DNA of 64,000 bases from Thermodesulfobacteriota bacterium (GTDB taxonomy: Bacteria; Desulfobacterota; Desulfobacteria; Desulfobacterales; Desulfosudaceae). Shown here in pieces: positions 1-9,664 of the stretch. The notes below the pieces were generated by a model that saw nothing but the letters and a program-made list of their open reading frames with translations, made no database searches and was not told where the DNA came from. How positions within the stretch are numbered: the first letter of the stretch is position 1; every line of letters begins with the position of its first letter. A program made the position numbers and the translations under genes. The stretch lies in assembly GCA_034189225.1 (NCBI GenBank), contig JAXHVL010000136.1, positions 6,549-70,548 on the forward strand, written 5' to 3'.

Positions 1-37
1 GTCAAGTAAGCAATCTTATTTCATACAAGGTCGCAGA

Positions 38-199
38 ATGGAAAATCTCCTGCTCTTCATCTTCAAATTTATCCTGCAGATTGTACTGCTGATCGTGGTC
101 AGCGGTATTGCGTCCATCACCTCTTTGTTTATCACGGAATTGATCCTTGACATTAAAAACAGGAAGGGTCGAAACATGCCGGACCGGTCTATTCGGTGA
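38..199 (+). CDS. possible small hydrophobic protein (53 aa), below the ORF-track length cut-off
   Basis: ATG at 38-40 and TGA at 197-199. Translation MENLLLFIFKFILQIVLLIVVSGIASITSLFITELILDIKNRKGRNMPDRSIR gives one TM-like helix plus a basic tail. It ends 30 nt before the radical SAM gene. The RBS is weak and the region is AT-rich, so coding status is uncertain. Confidence 0.25.
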   Translation: MENLLLFIFKFILQIVLLIVVSGIASITSLFITELILDIKNRKGRNMPDRSIR

Positions 200-228
200 T
201 GATTCAACGGGAATAAAGAATAACGGAT

Positions 229-2142
229 ATGCTAATATTTATCGCCGAAGTCGGTTTTTTTATCGCATTTATCCTATGGGGACTTCGAAAAGATGTTGCC
301 TTTACCGCCAGGGGCAGAAAAAAAATAAAATTCATCTACCTGCTGCCGGTTCTCGCATATATCGTGCTTACCATCCTATTTGCCCGTCCCGTTCTGACTT
401 TTGTGGGGGCCGCCGCAGTCCCCATAATGTATGGTCCTGTCGGCAATTTCATGCTGCTGATTGTCTTTCCGGTAATCAACGTGTTTTTCATGCTGACCTG
501 CTTTATCCACATCTGTGTGCTGCTCACCCATTGGGAATGGATTGTCAAGTTCAATGACCGGTATCTTTACTGCCTGCCTATGATCCTGTTTTTAAGCCTC
601 CTTGCCACTGCCGTCATTCTCAATAACCGGCCCTTGTCCTGGGAAACCCTGAAGCCGATATGCGTCTGGGTTGCTTTGATGGTCACGACTTATGGCCTTG
701 TCACCTTGATTGTGGTGCATGATCTGAGACAACAGCTCAACAGGGAACTGACAGAAAAATCAGCCGCCATAGTGGCCGGGCGGGCGTCCGGCAAAAAAAA
801 ACTGCTGCTGATCTATCCCATCAACGACACCGCACTGGGCTACACCGCCCATATGTATCTGCGCTTTCCACCGTTATCTCTGGGCATTTTATCGGCCCTG
901 ACACCAAAGGATCAATTCCATGTGGAATTGATCGACGAACAGTTTGAACGATTTGTTTACCGTGAGGCCGACCTGGTGGCCATTACGGCGTTTACCGTCT
1001 ATGCCAAACGGGCCTATGAAATTGCAGCCGTTTACCGTAAAAAGGGCATCCCCGTTGTGATGGGCGGCATTCACGCGTCCATGGCCACCGAAGAGGCCCG
1101 GCAGTATGTGGATTGTATTGTAAAAGGAGAGGCAGAGCATGTCTGGCCCACCGTGCTCCAGGATTTTCTGAATGGCAAAATGAAACCATTATACGAGGGT
1201 ACTTACCCCGAACTGAAAAACATGGTCCATCCGGACCGGTCCATTTTTCATCACCTGTATGTGTCCAATGCCATACAGACATCCCGGGGGTGTCCCCATA
1301 ATTGTGACTTTTGTTCGGTGACGCGGTTCAATGGCGGCCGTTATCGGCAGCGGCCGGTGAACGAAATTCTGGATGAACTGGAAACCTTTCCCAACCGGTA
1401 TTTCTTCTTTGCCGATGACAACCTGATTGGCTATGGAAGAGCAGCAGAAGAGCGTGCGCTTGCCCTTTTCAAGGGCATGGTCAAACGAAAAATTGCCAAA
1501 CGCTGGATCACGCAGACCACCATCGATATCGGCACAAAGCCTGAATTGTTAAAATGGGCCGCCAGAAGCGGCTGCGCCGTTCTCTTTATCGGTCTGGAAT
1601 TTATTGATCATGAAAACCTGAGGAGCGTTAACAAAAATTTTGCGGTAAAAGTGGACTATAAAAAGGCCCTGAAAAACATCAACCGGGCCGGTATCGGTGT
1701 GCTGGGCGCGTTTCTTTATGGCAATGACGAGGATACCAGGGAAAAACTGCTTGAGCGGGCAAAATTTGTGGCAAATGACCGGGTTGATCTCATGCATCAG
1801 ATGATCCTGACCCCAATTCCAGGCTCAAAGCTGTATACGACAATGGAGCAGGAAAATCGTATTGTCTGCAACAATTACCCCGATGACTGGGAGTACTATA
1901 ACGGCTTTTCCCTTATTCATATTCCCCGGAACATGAGCCGAAAGGAATTTCTGCAAATATACCGGCGCTGCATGGAAAAAACATATGGTTATCACACCCT
2001 TTGGCTGAAAGCAATGCGCACACTGTTGCATACCAGACATGCTGAAGTAGCCATTGCCGCGCTTCGGGCCAACTTCGGCTTTAGACATTTCACCTTCTCA
2101 AACCTGGAAAAACAGGAACGGCGGATGCCGCTCAACGACTGA
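229..2142 (+). CDS. B12-binding-domain radical SAM protein with an N-terminal polytopic membrane domain
   Basis: 637-aa ORF. The first ~180 aa are hydrophobic, with about 5-6 TM-like segments. A Rossmann-like B12-binding region follows (LLLIYPINDT...GIPVVMGGIHAS). The radical SAM motif is SRGCPHNCDFCSV (CxxxCxxC). Confidence 0.85.
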   Translation: MLIFIAEVGFFIAFILWGLRKDVAFTARGRKKIKFIYLLPVLAYIVLTILFARPVLTFVGAAAVPIMYGPVGNFMLLIVFPVINVFFMLTCFIHICVLLTHWEWIVKFNDRYLYCLPMILFLSLLATAVILNNRPLSWETLKPICVWVALMVTTYGLVTLIVVHDLRQQLNRELTEKSAAIVAGRASGKKKLLLIYPINDTALGYTAHMYLRFPPLSLGILSALTPKDQFHVELIDEQFERFVYREADLVAITAFTVYAKRAYEIAAVYRKKGIPVVMGGIHASMATEEARQYVDCIVKGEAEHVWPTVLQDFLNGKMKPLYEGTYPELKNMVHPDRSIFHHLYVSNAIQTSRGCPHNCDFCSVTRFNGGRYRQRPVNEILDELETFPNRYFFFADDNLIGYGRAAEERALALFKGMVKRKIAKRWITQTTIDIGTKPELLKWAARSGCAVLFIGLEFIDHENLRSVNKNFAVKVDYKKALKNINRAGIGVLGAFLYGNDEDTREKLLERAKFVANDRVDLMHQMILTPIPGSKLYTTMEQENRIVCNNYPDDWEYYNGFSLIHIPRNMSRKEFLQIYRRCMEKTYGYHTLWLKAMRTLLHTRHAEVAIAALRANFGFRHFTFSNLEKQERRMPLND

Positions 2143-2432
2143 ACCGGCCATGCCGCCAGGCAACAGTTTTAAAACCTTTTTTAAGAACACCTTGGAATAA
2201 AGTTGACACTACACGAAAAAATTGTTAAAAAAAATAATAGATTAAAGTTATTTTCCGGGGGGAAACAACAGGCGGAAAGGACACCGGCCGGTCACTGTGC
2301 CGAATCCGACTCGAATTACCTTTATACCCCGCCCGAAAACAGAAAGCACGGATTGCCGCTTAAGCCGGTCATTTCATGGAATGTTTCATTTAATGTGCAT
2401 GGGCATACCCGTCTTGTCAGCAGGAAAGCATC

Positions 2433-5030
2433 ATGGCTGAAGACCCCATTGACATAAACGCATCCTCCGATACCGGCGGGACCTCTGCCAAAGGAATGGA
2501 TGATACGTCGTTCCCCATCATTGGGATCGGGGCCTCGGCCGGAGGGCTGGAGGCGTTGGAAGCTTTTTTCGGTGCATTGCCGGCCGACAGCGGGATGGCG
2601 TTCGTGGTGATCGTGCATACCTCCCCGGAACACCGGACATTGCTTCCGGAACTGCTTCAAAAAAAAACCCGAATACCGGTACGCCTTCTTGAAGACGGCA
2701 CCGCTGCAACCCCGGACACGGTCTTTTTGCCGCCCTCAGACCGGGATCCGATTATTGAAGCAGGGGTTTTCCGCCTGCAAAAACGCCCGGCCCGCAACGA
2801 AATACACATGCCCGTCGACCTGTTCCTCGGCTACCTGACGAAAGAACGGGGCCGGTTTGCGGCCTGTATCATCCTCTCCGGCACCGGCACCGACGGGACA
2901 CAGGGGCTGCGGCTGATTAAGGAAAACGCCGGCTTGTCCATTGTTCAGGCCCCGGCATCGGCCCGGCACACGGGCATGCCCGAAAGCGCCCTGGACACGG
3001 GCCTGGTGGATTTTGCGATACCGCCGGCGGAAATGCCCGCCTGCCTGATCCGGTATTTTAAACATCCCGCTGCCATGCCCCGCAAGGACAAATCATCCGA
3101 TGCCCCCGACCCGCTGCGTAACATTCTGGTATTACTGGCCAACCAAACCCGTCAGGACTTCACGCTTTATAAGGAAAACACCCTGATCCGACGCATCGAA
3201 CGCCGCATGACCATTACCAACAGCAGGGATGCTTCTGTCTATCTCAATCTGCTCCATCACAACCCGGAAGAAATCCAGTCCCTGATCCAGGATCTGCGTA
3301 TCGGCGTCACCAGTTTTTTCCGGGACCCCGAGGTATTCGACTTCCTAAGGCAGTCGGTGCTTCCGGATATCGTATCCCGGCAGAAAAACGATGCCGTTCG
3401 CGTGTGGGGCCCCGGTTGCGCGACCGGTGAAGAAGCATATTCCCTTGCCATTCTTCTCAAGGAATGCCTGGAAGAAACGAAAATGATCCGGGAACTCCAG
3501 ATATTCGGTACGGACATAGATGCCGGGGCGATTGAACAGGCCCGCCAGGGCACCTATGTGCAGAATATCGCCGCCGATGTGACGACCGACCGGCTCAAAC
3601 GTTTTTTCACCAAGGAAAACAACCGGTACCGAATCAAAAACGATATCCGCGATCAGGTGGTCTTTGCCGAACAAAACATTCTGGAGGACCCGCCCTTTTC
3701 CAGCCTGGACCTGCTGGTGTGCCGCAATCTGCTTATCTATCTCAAGCAGGAAGCCCAGGAGCGGCTCATTCCGCTCTTTCATTACGCCTTGAAAAACGAC
3801 GGCATGTTGCTGCTCGGAAGCGCCGAGAGTATCGGCCGGCACCAGGATCTTTTTGAGCCGGTGAACAAGCAATTCAACATCTACCGGAAAACAAACCAGC
3901 CGGTCCGCCTCCAGGTTCATTTTCCCACGGGATCAAGAAAACTCAACGGCAGTGATGCACCGTCAGAAAAGGAAACAGCCGAGGATCCGGCGCAATCAAA
4001 CGTGAGCCGGGTCACGGAAAAAATACTGATGGCCGAACACACCCCGGCGTGCGTGGTGGTGAACGAAAGCGGCGAAATTATCCACTTTCACGGCCGCACG
4101 GGCAAATTCCTGGAACCCGCCGCCGGGACGCCCACCCTTCAAGTGGCTGACATGGCACGGGAAGGGCTTCGCTTTGCCCTGCTCTCTGCCATGCGCCGGT
4201 GCCGGGAAAAGGGTTCGGAAATTCACGAACGTGATGTCCGGATCAGAACCAACGGGGACGATCACTCTATCAATCTGCGGGTAAAACCGATCACAGCCCC
4301 TTCCTTTAAAAACTGCCAGATGGTTCTCTTTGAAGACCGGTTCGAACCGGGCGAACCGGCGGCGCTGAAAGAAGGCCCGCTAAACAGTGAAACCGACGTC
4401 CAGAAAGTGGAAGAACTGGAACGGGAATTGATGCGTGTGCGCCAGGATTACCGCAGCGCCATGGAAGAGCTCCAGACCTCCAACGAAGAGCTGCGTTCCG
4501 CCAACGAAGAGCTGCATTCATCCAACGAGGAGCTGCAAAGCACGAACGAAGAGCTGGAAAGTTCCCGTGAGGAGCTTCAGTCCCTGAACGAAGAGCTCAA
4601 TACGGTGAATAACGAACTCAACAACAAGATGGCCGAACTGCGGGAGGCCTATAATGCCGTCAACGCGGTGCTCAACAGCACCCGGATCGCCATCGTGTTT
4701 CTGGATACGGACCTCCGGTTGAAACGCTTCACGCCTGAAGCCACCCGCTTATTAAACCTGATCGAATCCGACGTGGGCCGTCCCATGGTTCATATTACCC
4801 ACAACCTGGAACGAAATGACCTGGTGGAAGCCGTCCACGGCGTATTGAAAAGTCTTGCGCCGGTAGACGAGGAAGTGCGTACCCGGGACGGCCACTGGTA
4901 CCGCATGCGCATTATGGTGTACCGGCCGAACGACAAGACGATCGAGGGCGTGGTGATAACCCTTATCAACATCGACACTCAGAAACAGGCAGAACTGGCG
5001 CTTAAACAAAAACCGGAGGGATCGCCATGA
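2433..5030 (+). CDS. CheB methylesterase / CheR methyltransferase fusion protein with coiled coil and C-terminal PAS domain
   Basis: 865 aa. CheB-like N-terminus (IIGIGASAGGLEAL, GTGTDGT). CheR-like SAM-methyltransferase core (VRVWGPGCATGEEAYSLAILL, LLVCRNLLIYL). SNEEL-type heptad coiled coil (SNEELRSANEELHSSNEELQSTNEELESSREELQSLNEEL), then a PAS-like C-terminus. Confidence 0.9.
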   Translation: MAEDPIDINASSDTGGTSAKGMDDTSFPIIGIGASAGGLEALEAFFGALPADSGMAFVVIVHTSPEHRTLLPELLQKKTRIPVRLLEDGTAATPDTVFLPPSDRDPIIEAGVFRLQKRPARNEIHMPVDLFLGYLTKERGRFAACIILSGTGTDGTQGLRLIKENAGLSIVQAPASARHTGMPESALDTGLVDFAIPPAEMPACLIRYFKHPAAMPRKDKSSDAPDPLRNILVLLANQTRQDFTLYKENTLIRRIERRMTITNSRDASVYLNLLHHNPEEIQSLIQDLRIGVTSFFRDPEVFDFLRQSVLPDIVSRQKNDAVRVWGPGCATGEEAYSLAILLKECLEETKMIRELQIFGTDIDAGAIEQARQGTYVQNIAADVTTDRLKRFFTKENNRYRIKNDIRDQVVFAEQNILEDPPFSSLDLLVCRNLLIYLKQEAQERLIPLFHYALKNDGMLLLGSAESIGRHQDLFEPVNKQFNIYRKTNQPVRLQVHFPTGSRKLNGSDAPSEKETAEDPAQSNVSRVTEKILMAEHTPACVVVNESGEIIHFHGRTGKFLEPAAGTPTLQVADMAREGLRFALLSAMRRCREKGSEIHERDVRIRTNGDDHSINLRVKPITAPSFKNCQMVLFEDRFEPGEPAALKEGPLNSETDVQKVEELERELMRVRQDYRSAMEELQTSNEELRSANEELHSSNEELQSTNEELESSREELQSLNEELNTVNNELNNKMAELREAYNAVNAVLNSTRIAIVFLDTDLRLKRFTPEATRLLNLIESDVGRPMVHITHNLERNDLVEAVHGVLKSLAPVDEEVRTRDGHWYRMRIMVYRPNDKTIEGVVITLINIDTQKQAELALKQKPEGSP

Positions 5031-6334
5031 ATTCTTCCGCCGTCTCCGGGCACAGATTTCAGGCGCTGCGCGAAAAAGCGGAACACCGGCTTCGAAAAGA
5101 GAACAACCGGTCGCCGGATGCCGGTGACGAAGATATTTCGCGGCTGATCCACGAACTCGAGGTCCACCAGGTGGAGCTTGAAATGCAAAACCAGGAACTG
5201 CGCCAGGCCAAGACGGATTTGCAGGCATCGCGGGACGACTTCGCCGACCTTTACGAATCTGCGCCGGTTGCTTACATAACCTTGTCCCCGAAAGGTTTGA
5301 TCGAACGGGCCAACCGGGCCGCCCACGAGCTTTTGCACCATGAAAAGGCACTGCCGGGCCGGCCTTTCTCCGGATTTGTTCACAGGGATGACTGGCCCGT
5401 TTATTATGCGTATATGAACCAGTGCGCCCTTTACCGGAAAACACCCGAGCCGGTTGAAATCCGGCTATCCGGCCGGCGGGAAGCCTCGCCCTTCTTCGTC
5501 CAGCTCGCGGTATCCCGCCAATACAACTCATTTAAAAGTTCGCCCCGCCTGCGTCTCACCCTTCTGGATATCTCCCGGCAAAAGCGCACCGAACAGGCGC
5601 TCGAAACCATGGCCGCCTCCCTGGAGGCCGAAGCAAGTCAGCGGGAGGCGGAACTCAAAGAAAGAAAAAAACTGGCCGGACGGCTTGTTGAACTGCTGGA
5701 AAAGGACCGCCGCGAAATGGCCATGATGCTTCATGACGAAGTCGGACAAATCCTCACTTCGATAAAAATGGACATGGAAGATATTGAATCCCGGATGGCG
5801 GCAGGGCCGTTGCTTCAAAAGCTTCAGCAGGCCAGGGGAAAAACCGGCCGGACCATGACCGCCATTAAAAACGCCGCCTCGGAACTGCGGCCCACGCTCC
5901 TGGAAAACCTGGGGCTGATTCCCGCCGTCCGGGCACTTGTTGACAATATCAGGGAATATGCGGATTTTGACATCCATTTGCATGCGCCGGCTTTTTCCGA
6001 AAGGCTTGAGCCGGAAAAAGAACTGGCTGTCTATCGTATTGTCCAAGAAGCCCTGAACAACGCGGTCAAATATTCGGAAGCGGATGCGGTATTTGTAAGC
6101 CTCGCCCGACGGGATGAAACTGTTGCGCTCACGGTGGAAGATAATGGCAGGGGATTTGATGATAACCGGTTCGGTATCGCCCACTCCCCGGGGGAGCACT
6201 GCCTGGGCATCAGCATTATGCGTGAACGGGCAACTTTGTGCGGGGGCAACCTGTCCGTTGAATCCCGGTCCGGCAACGGCGTCCGGTTGATGGTGACGAT
6301 ACCGGCATCCCCGCCCGGAGCAAAAACCCTTTGA
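5027..6334 (+). CDS. cytoplasmic PAS sensor histidine kinase (HisKA_3 / NarX-like class)
   Basis: 435 aa with an ATGA start/stop overlap with the upstream gene. It has the ELEMQNQELRQ coiled coil preceding a PAS-like region, an H-box region MLHDEVGQ, and a HATPase_c tail (VEDNGRGF...GLGISIMRERA). No TM segments are visible. Confidence 0.9.
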   Translation: MNSSAVSGHRFQALREKAEHRLRKENNRSPDAGDEDISRLIHELEVHQVELEMQNQELRQAKTDLQASRDDFADLYESAPVAYITLSPKGLIERANRAAHELLHHEKALPGRPFSGFVHRDDWPVYYAYMNQCALYRKTPEPVEIRLSGRREASPFFVQLAVSRQYNSFKSSPRLRLTLLDISRQKRTEQALETMAASLEAEASQREAELKERKKLAGRLVELLEKDRREMAMMLHDEVGQILTSIKMDMEDIESRMAAGPLLQKLQQARGKTGRTMTAIKNAASELRPTLLENLGLIPAVRALVDNIREYADFDIHLHAPAFSERLEPEKELAVYRIVQEALNNAVKYSEADAVFVSLARRDETVALTVEDNGRGFDDNRFGIAHSPGEHCLGISIMRERATLCGGNLSVESRSGNGVRLMVTIPASPPGAKTL

Positions 6335-6352
6335 CGAAAACGGATAAAAACC

Positions 6353-7042
6353 ATGTCCCCTGCCCCCTCAAATGCAGCACCGCCACCCCGAAAGACCCGC
6401 ATCATCATCGTCGACGATCACATGGTGGTAGTGGAAGGCATCAGAAACGCCCTTGCCCGGCACCCGGAATTCCAGGTAGTGGACACCGCGGCAGACGGGA
6501 TGGAAGCCTTTAAAAAAGTCAGGGCTGTCAACCCCGACATTGTGATCATGGACATTTCCATGCCCAACCTGAACGGGGTGGACGCCACCCACCACATAAA
6601 AAAGACAAAAAAAAATGTGGCGGTGGTCATCTTCAGCATGTATTCGGACAAGGAATACGTTCTCTCTCTTTTTCGTGAGGGTATTTCCGCTTATGTGCTG
6701 AAAGAAGATTCCCTGGAGGATCTGATAATGGCCCTTCATACAGTCAGCGCCGGCGGCACCTATTTCAGCAGGACCATAAAAGACCATGTGCAGCAACATA
6801 TGGAAGAACTGGAACTGGGCGAACCGGCCATGAAGCGGGGCATCGCGATCTTGAGCGTTCGGGAAAAGGAAGTGTTCCCATTGATTGCGGACGGAAAAAC
6901 CATTAAGGAAATTTCAAAAATCCTGAACATCAGCCCCAAAACCGTGGAATCCCACAAATACAACATCATGGAAAAGCTCGAGGTGCACAGCGTCGCCGAA
7001 TTAACCAAGCTTGCGCTTAAAAAAAAGCTGATTCATTTATGA
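6353..7042 (+). CDS. NarL/FixJ (LuxR-type HTH) response regulator
   Basis: 229 aa. Receiver domain (IIIVDDH...IVIMDISMPNLNG) plus a C-terminal LuxR HTH (LSVREKEVFPLIADGKTIKEISKILNISPKTVESHKYNIMEKL). Confidence 0.92.
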   Translation: MSPAPSNAAPPPRKTRIIIVDDHMVVVEGIRNALARHPEFQVVDTAADGMEAFKKVRAVNPDIVIMDISMPNLNGVDATHHIKKTKKNVAVVIFSMYSDKEYVLSLFREGISAYVLKEDSLEDLIMALHTVSAGGTYFSRTIKDHVQQHMEELELGEPAMKRGIAILSVREKEVFPLIADGKTIKEISKILNISPKTVESHKYNIMEKLEVHSVAELTKLALKKKLIHL

Positions 7043-7043
7043 C

Positions 7044-7250
7044 GGCTTCGTAAAAAGCTTCCAACCCCGCTGCGGTGTTTTTGTAGAAAGTAACGTACGC
7101 GAGATCTGGATTTTTACCGCTATTTGTGCTAAACGACCCATTTTTCTTTCATACTTTTCTTTGCTCGCCCAAAGAAGATGGTCTCGTAAAAAGTCAATTT
7201 TGGGACGGCAAAGTAAAAAGCCGCCCCCTCAGGGGTCGGATTTTTACTTT
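7044..7250. repeat. mosaic intergenic repeat block (GGCTTCGTAAAAAGC boundary hairpins plus the F module in inverted orientation)
   Basis: 7083-7178 matches the reverse complement of 34610-34722 (GTAGAAAGTAACGTA.GCGAG...GCTAAACGACCCATTTTTCTTTCATACTTTTCTTTGCTCGCCCAAAGAA). The boundary motifs GGCTTCGTAAAAAGC (7044-7058) and GGCAAAGTAAAAAG (7207-7220) also occur at 50280 and inside the riboswitch inserts. Confidence 0.6.
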
Positions 7251-7592
7251 CGGAAATAACTGATCAACTTTCAGTGTTCTCCCGATGGACACGCCATGAA
7301 CGATGTTATATTCTAGATACTGTTCTTTAGTGCGTGTTCAGGGTTACGAACCAGCACAGCCGTTCTGCAACAATGATTCCAAAGGCTTGCCACCTGTTTT
7401 TGAATTATTTTTCTTCCTGCTCTCTGTTGTTCTGATAAGATGTCCTGCCGCTGCCGCCTCCGGGCCGTCCGTCTAATCAGACACTGCACCTTATACAAAC
7501 CGCTTTGCTGGCATGAGGCATCGGGGGCGATGTCATGCTGTTTAAAAAGGCGCTTTTTCAGCCCGAAAAATGCAGACACATTGCGGAGACAT

Positions 7593-8045
7593 ATGATGAA
7601 AAAAAACAATAAAAGGCCCATCGTGATGGCGGATGACGACCCTGAGGACTTCATGATTGTCAGGGATGTCCTTGAGGAGAATGGATTTGAGAACGATTTT
7701 CACCACTGCTCCGATGGCCGGGACTTAATGGATTACCTCAGGCGCCAGGGGAAATACAAGAATCCGGCAAAACACCCATTACCGGGGATCATTCTGCTGG
7801 ACCTGAACATGCCCGGCATGAGCGGGGGGCAAGCCCTGACTATCATTAAACAAGCCGATATGTTTCACCACATTCCGGTGATTATTCTCAGTACATCCAG
7901 CGATCCGATGGACATAGAATTCTGTTTTCAGAGCGGAGCGAATGCGTATGTTGAAAAATCCCACAACTATGATCTCCTGTCCTGCAATTTAATCAACACC
8001 CTGCAAAACTGGATATCAGGCAGCGCCATCGCAGGGATGGGATAA
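7593..8045 (+). CDS. single-domain response regulator (receiver only)
   Basis: The ORF track starts at 7440, but the receiver domain begins at MMKKNNKRPIVMADDDPEDF (ATG 7593). Receiver hallmarks LLDLNMPGMSG, ILSTS and ANAYVEK are present. Confidence 0.85.
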   Translation: MMKKNNKRPIVMADDDPEDFMIVRDVLEENGFENDFHHCSDGRDLMDYLRRQGKYKNPAKHPLPGIILLDLNMPGMSGGQALTIIKQADMFHHIPVIILSTSSDPMDIEFCFQSGANAYVEKSHNYDLLSCNLINTLQNWISGSAIAGMG

Positions 8046-8153
8046 ACCCTTGAACCTGGGCTTTTTCCACACCCCCAACCGCGTTGATCGAAATGCTGGC
8101 CGCGTCGGGCTATGAAATATCCGAATCGCACTTTGGTAAAAGGAGGTCTCAAA

Positions 8154-8570
8154 ATGTCCCGACACTCACCGGCAACGACTGAAGCGAACCTGCCCAATAT
8201 TCTCATCATAGAAGACAATGCCGCCATTCGGAAAATGCTGGCCTTATTTTTCGAAAAGTACTGCAGCTGCAATGTTACAATAGTAGCGAGCGGTCATGAA
8301 GCCGCCGAAATCTTTCATGCCGATACCTTCAATGTGGTGATCACCGATATCGCCATGCCCGACATGGACGGCAACGAACTGGCGCGGCACATATTAAAGG
8401 TTCGGAACGATCTCACAAAAATCCTGGCGATAACCGGTACACCGGGTGCCGTTGACAGAACACTGTTTGACGGGATTCTTTATAAACCGTTCAGCTTCAG
8501 CAAGTTGAAAAATGCATTAACGGAACTGTGTAACGGGATTCAGTTTAAAAGTCGAGGTATTCCATTTTAA
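8154..8570 (+). CDS. single-domain response regulator (receiver only)
   Basis: AGGAGG lies 8 nt upstream of ATG 8154. Receiver hallmarks NILIIEDN, VITDIAMPDMDG and ILAITG are present. Confidence 0.8.
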   Translation: MSRHSPATTEANLPNILIIEDNAAIRKMLALFFEKYCSCNVTIVASGHEAAEIFHADTFNVVITDIAMPDMDGNELARHILKVRNDLTKILAITGTPGAVDRTLFDGILYKPFSFSKLKNALTELCNGIQFKSRGIPF

Positions 8571-8741
8571 GAACACCTTCCAAGCAGCCATACGCTTTAT
8601 GGTCCCTTTCAGTACACCATTAAACACGGCCAAATAATATCTTTACCGTATTTTAATTGCGTCGATCTTGTTGGATATTAAAACAAGTAAACAGGTAAAA
8701 AGACAACGGATACCAATACCCATCATCTGAAGGGGGTTCGC

Positions 8742-9251
8742 ATGAAAACCATTGCTGCGCTTGTTACAGATTTTTTTGAGGATTCGGAGTATACCCGGCC
8801 CGTGGAAGCTTTCCGGGAAGCCGGCCATAAAGTGGTGCCGCTGGAAATGAAGGCAGGCAAGACGGTGAAAGGAAAAAAGCAGAGCACACCGGTGACCATC
8901 GAAAAATCACTTGATGATGTCACCATCGACGACTTTGATGCACTGCTTATTCCCGGTGGTTTTTCACCGGACAAGCTTCGCGGACTCGATACACCGGTAA
9001 GGTTTGTCAGGGAGTTCGTGAAAAGCGGCAAACCGGTGTTCATGATCTGCCATGGCCCCCAGCTTCTGATCACGGCGGATGTGCTTCGGGGAAGAACCAT
9101 TACGGGGTGGACCTCCATTATACAGGATATCAAAAATGCCGGTGCGACCTTCAAGGACGAAGCCGTCGTGGAGGACGGCAATCTGATATCCAGCCGCAAT
9201 CCGGGCGACCTGGATGCATTTAACGAGGCCTGCCTGAAAAAACTGGAATAA
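8742..9251 (+). CDS. DJ-1/PfpI family protein (type 1 glutamine amidotransferase-like / intracellular protease fold)
   Basis: 169 aa with the nucleophile-elbow motif PVFMICHGPQLL and FDALLIPGG, typical of the PfpI/YhbO class. Confidence 0.9.
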   Translation: MKTIAALVTDFFEDSEYTRPVEAFREAGHKVVPLEMKAGKTVKGKKQSTPVTIEKSLDDVTIDDFDALLIPGGFSPDKLRGLDTPVRFVREFVKSGKPVFMICHGPQLLITADVLRGRTITGWTSIIQDIKNAGATFKDEAVVEDGNLISSRNPGDLDAFNEACLKKLE

Positions 9252-9269
9252 ACGTAATCAAGGATAGTT

Positions 9270-9348
9270 TCACCGTAACTGCGCAGAGGATGCAGTGGTC
9301 TTCTTTCTCTGCGTCCTCTGCGCCGCTGCGCCGCTGCGGTCAATAAAC
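9270..9348. repeat. phased-repeat hairpin, GCAGAGR core type
   Basis: TCACCGTAACTGCGCAGAGGATGCAG...TTCTCTGCGTCCTCTGCGCCGCTGCG..GGTCAATAAAC. The same architecture and end motifs (TCACCG...GGTGAATAAAC) occur at 19960-20021. Confidence 0.6.
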
Positions 9349-9415
9349 AGCAGCACAAGGGCGTATATTTTACTTTTCCCCGACACCCCTCGGGACAGGC
9401 CAAAGGAGATGAACA

Positions 9416-9664
9416 ATGTACAGCAACGAAAGCGTGTGTGAACAGATTAAAAAGGTATTCCCGGAAATCGGCGAGTGCGGTATCGATGTGAATGTTGATT
9501 ACGATGAAGACAAAAAGGCCTGGATCGTGGATCTTAAAAAGGACGCCCAGCATTTAACCACTCATTTAGAGCCACAGGATGCCGATGAGTGCATGGCAGG
9601 AGAAAAATGCGTGGGCCTTGCCTTTCAGATTCAGCAGCTCAGGGAGAACATAAAAGATGTCTGA
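9416..9664 (+). CDS. small acidic 4-cysteine protein (82 aa), function unknown
   Basis: AGGAG RBS (AAAGGAGATGAACAATG). Cysteines at positions 8, 21, 59 and 65. There is an 8-nt overlap with the start of the downstream disulfide reductase gene. I recognise no family. Confidence 0.6.
   Translation: MYSNESVCEQIKKVFPEIGECGIDVNVDYDEDKKAWIVDLKKDAQHLTTHLEPQDADECMAGEKCVGLAFQIQQLRENIKDV

Noticed and set aside
16-207. A 63-aa minus-strand ORF at the window start, and the 136-aa plus-strand ORF at 147-557.
   Set aside because: Neither has an RBS or a recognisable family, and both are in an AT-rich region. The 147-557 ORF overlaps the radical SAM gene out of frame.
7313-7654. A 113-aa minus-strand ORF in the long spacer upstream of the first orphan receiver gene.
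   Set aside because: It overlaps the receiver gene start and repeat sequence. It is low-complexity and has no start context.
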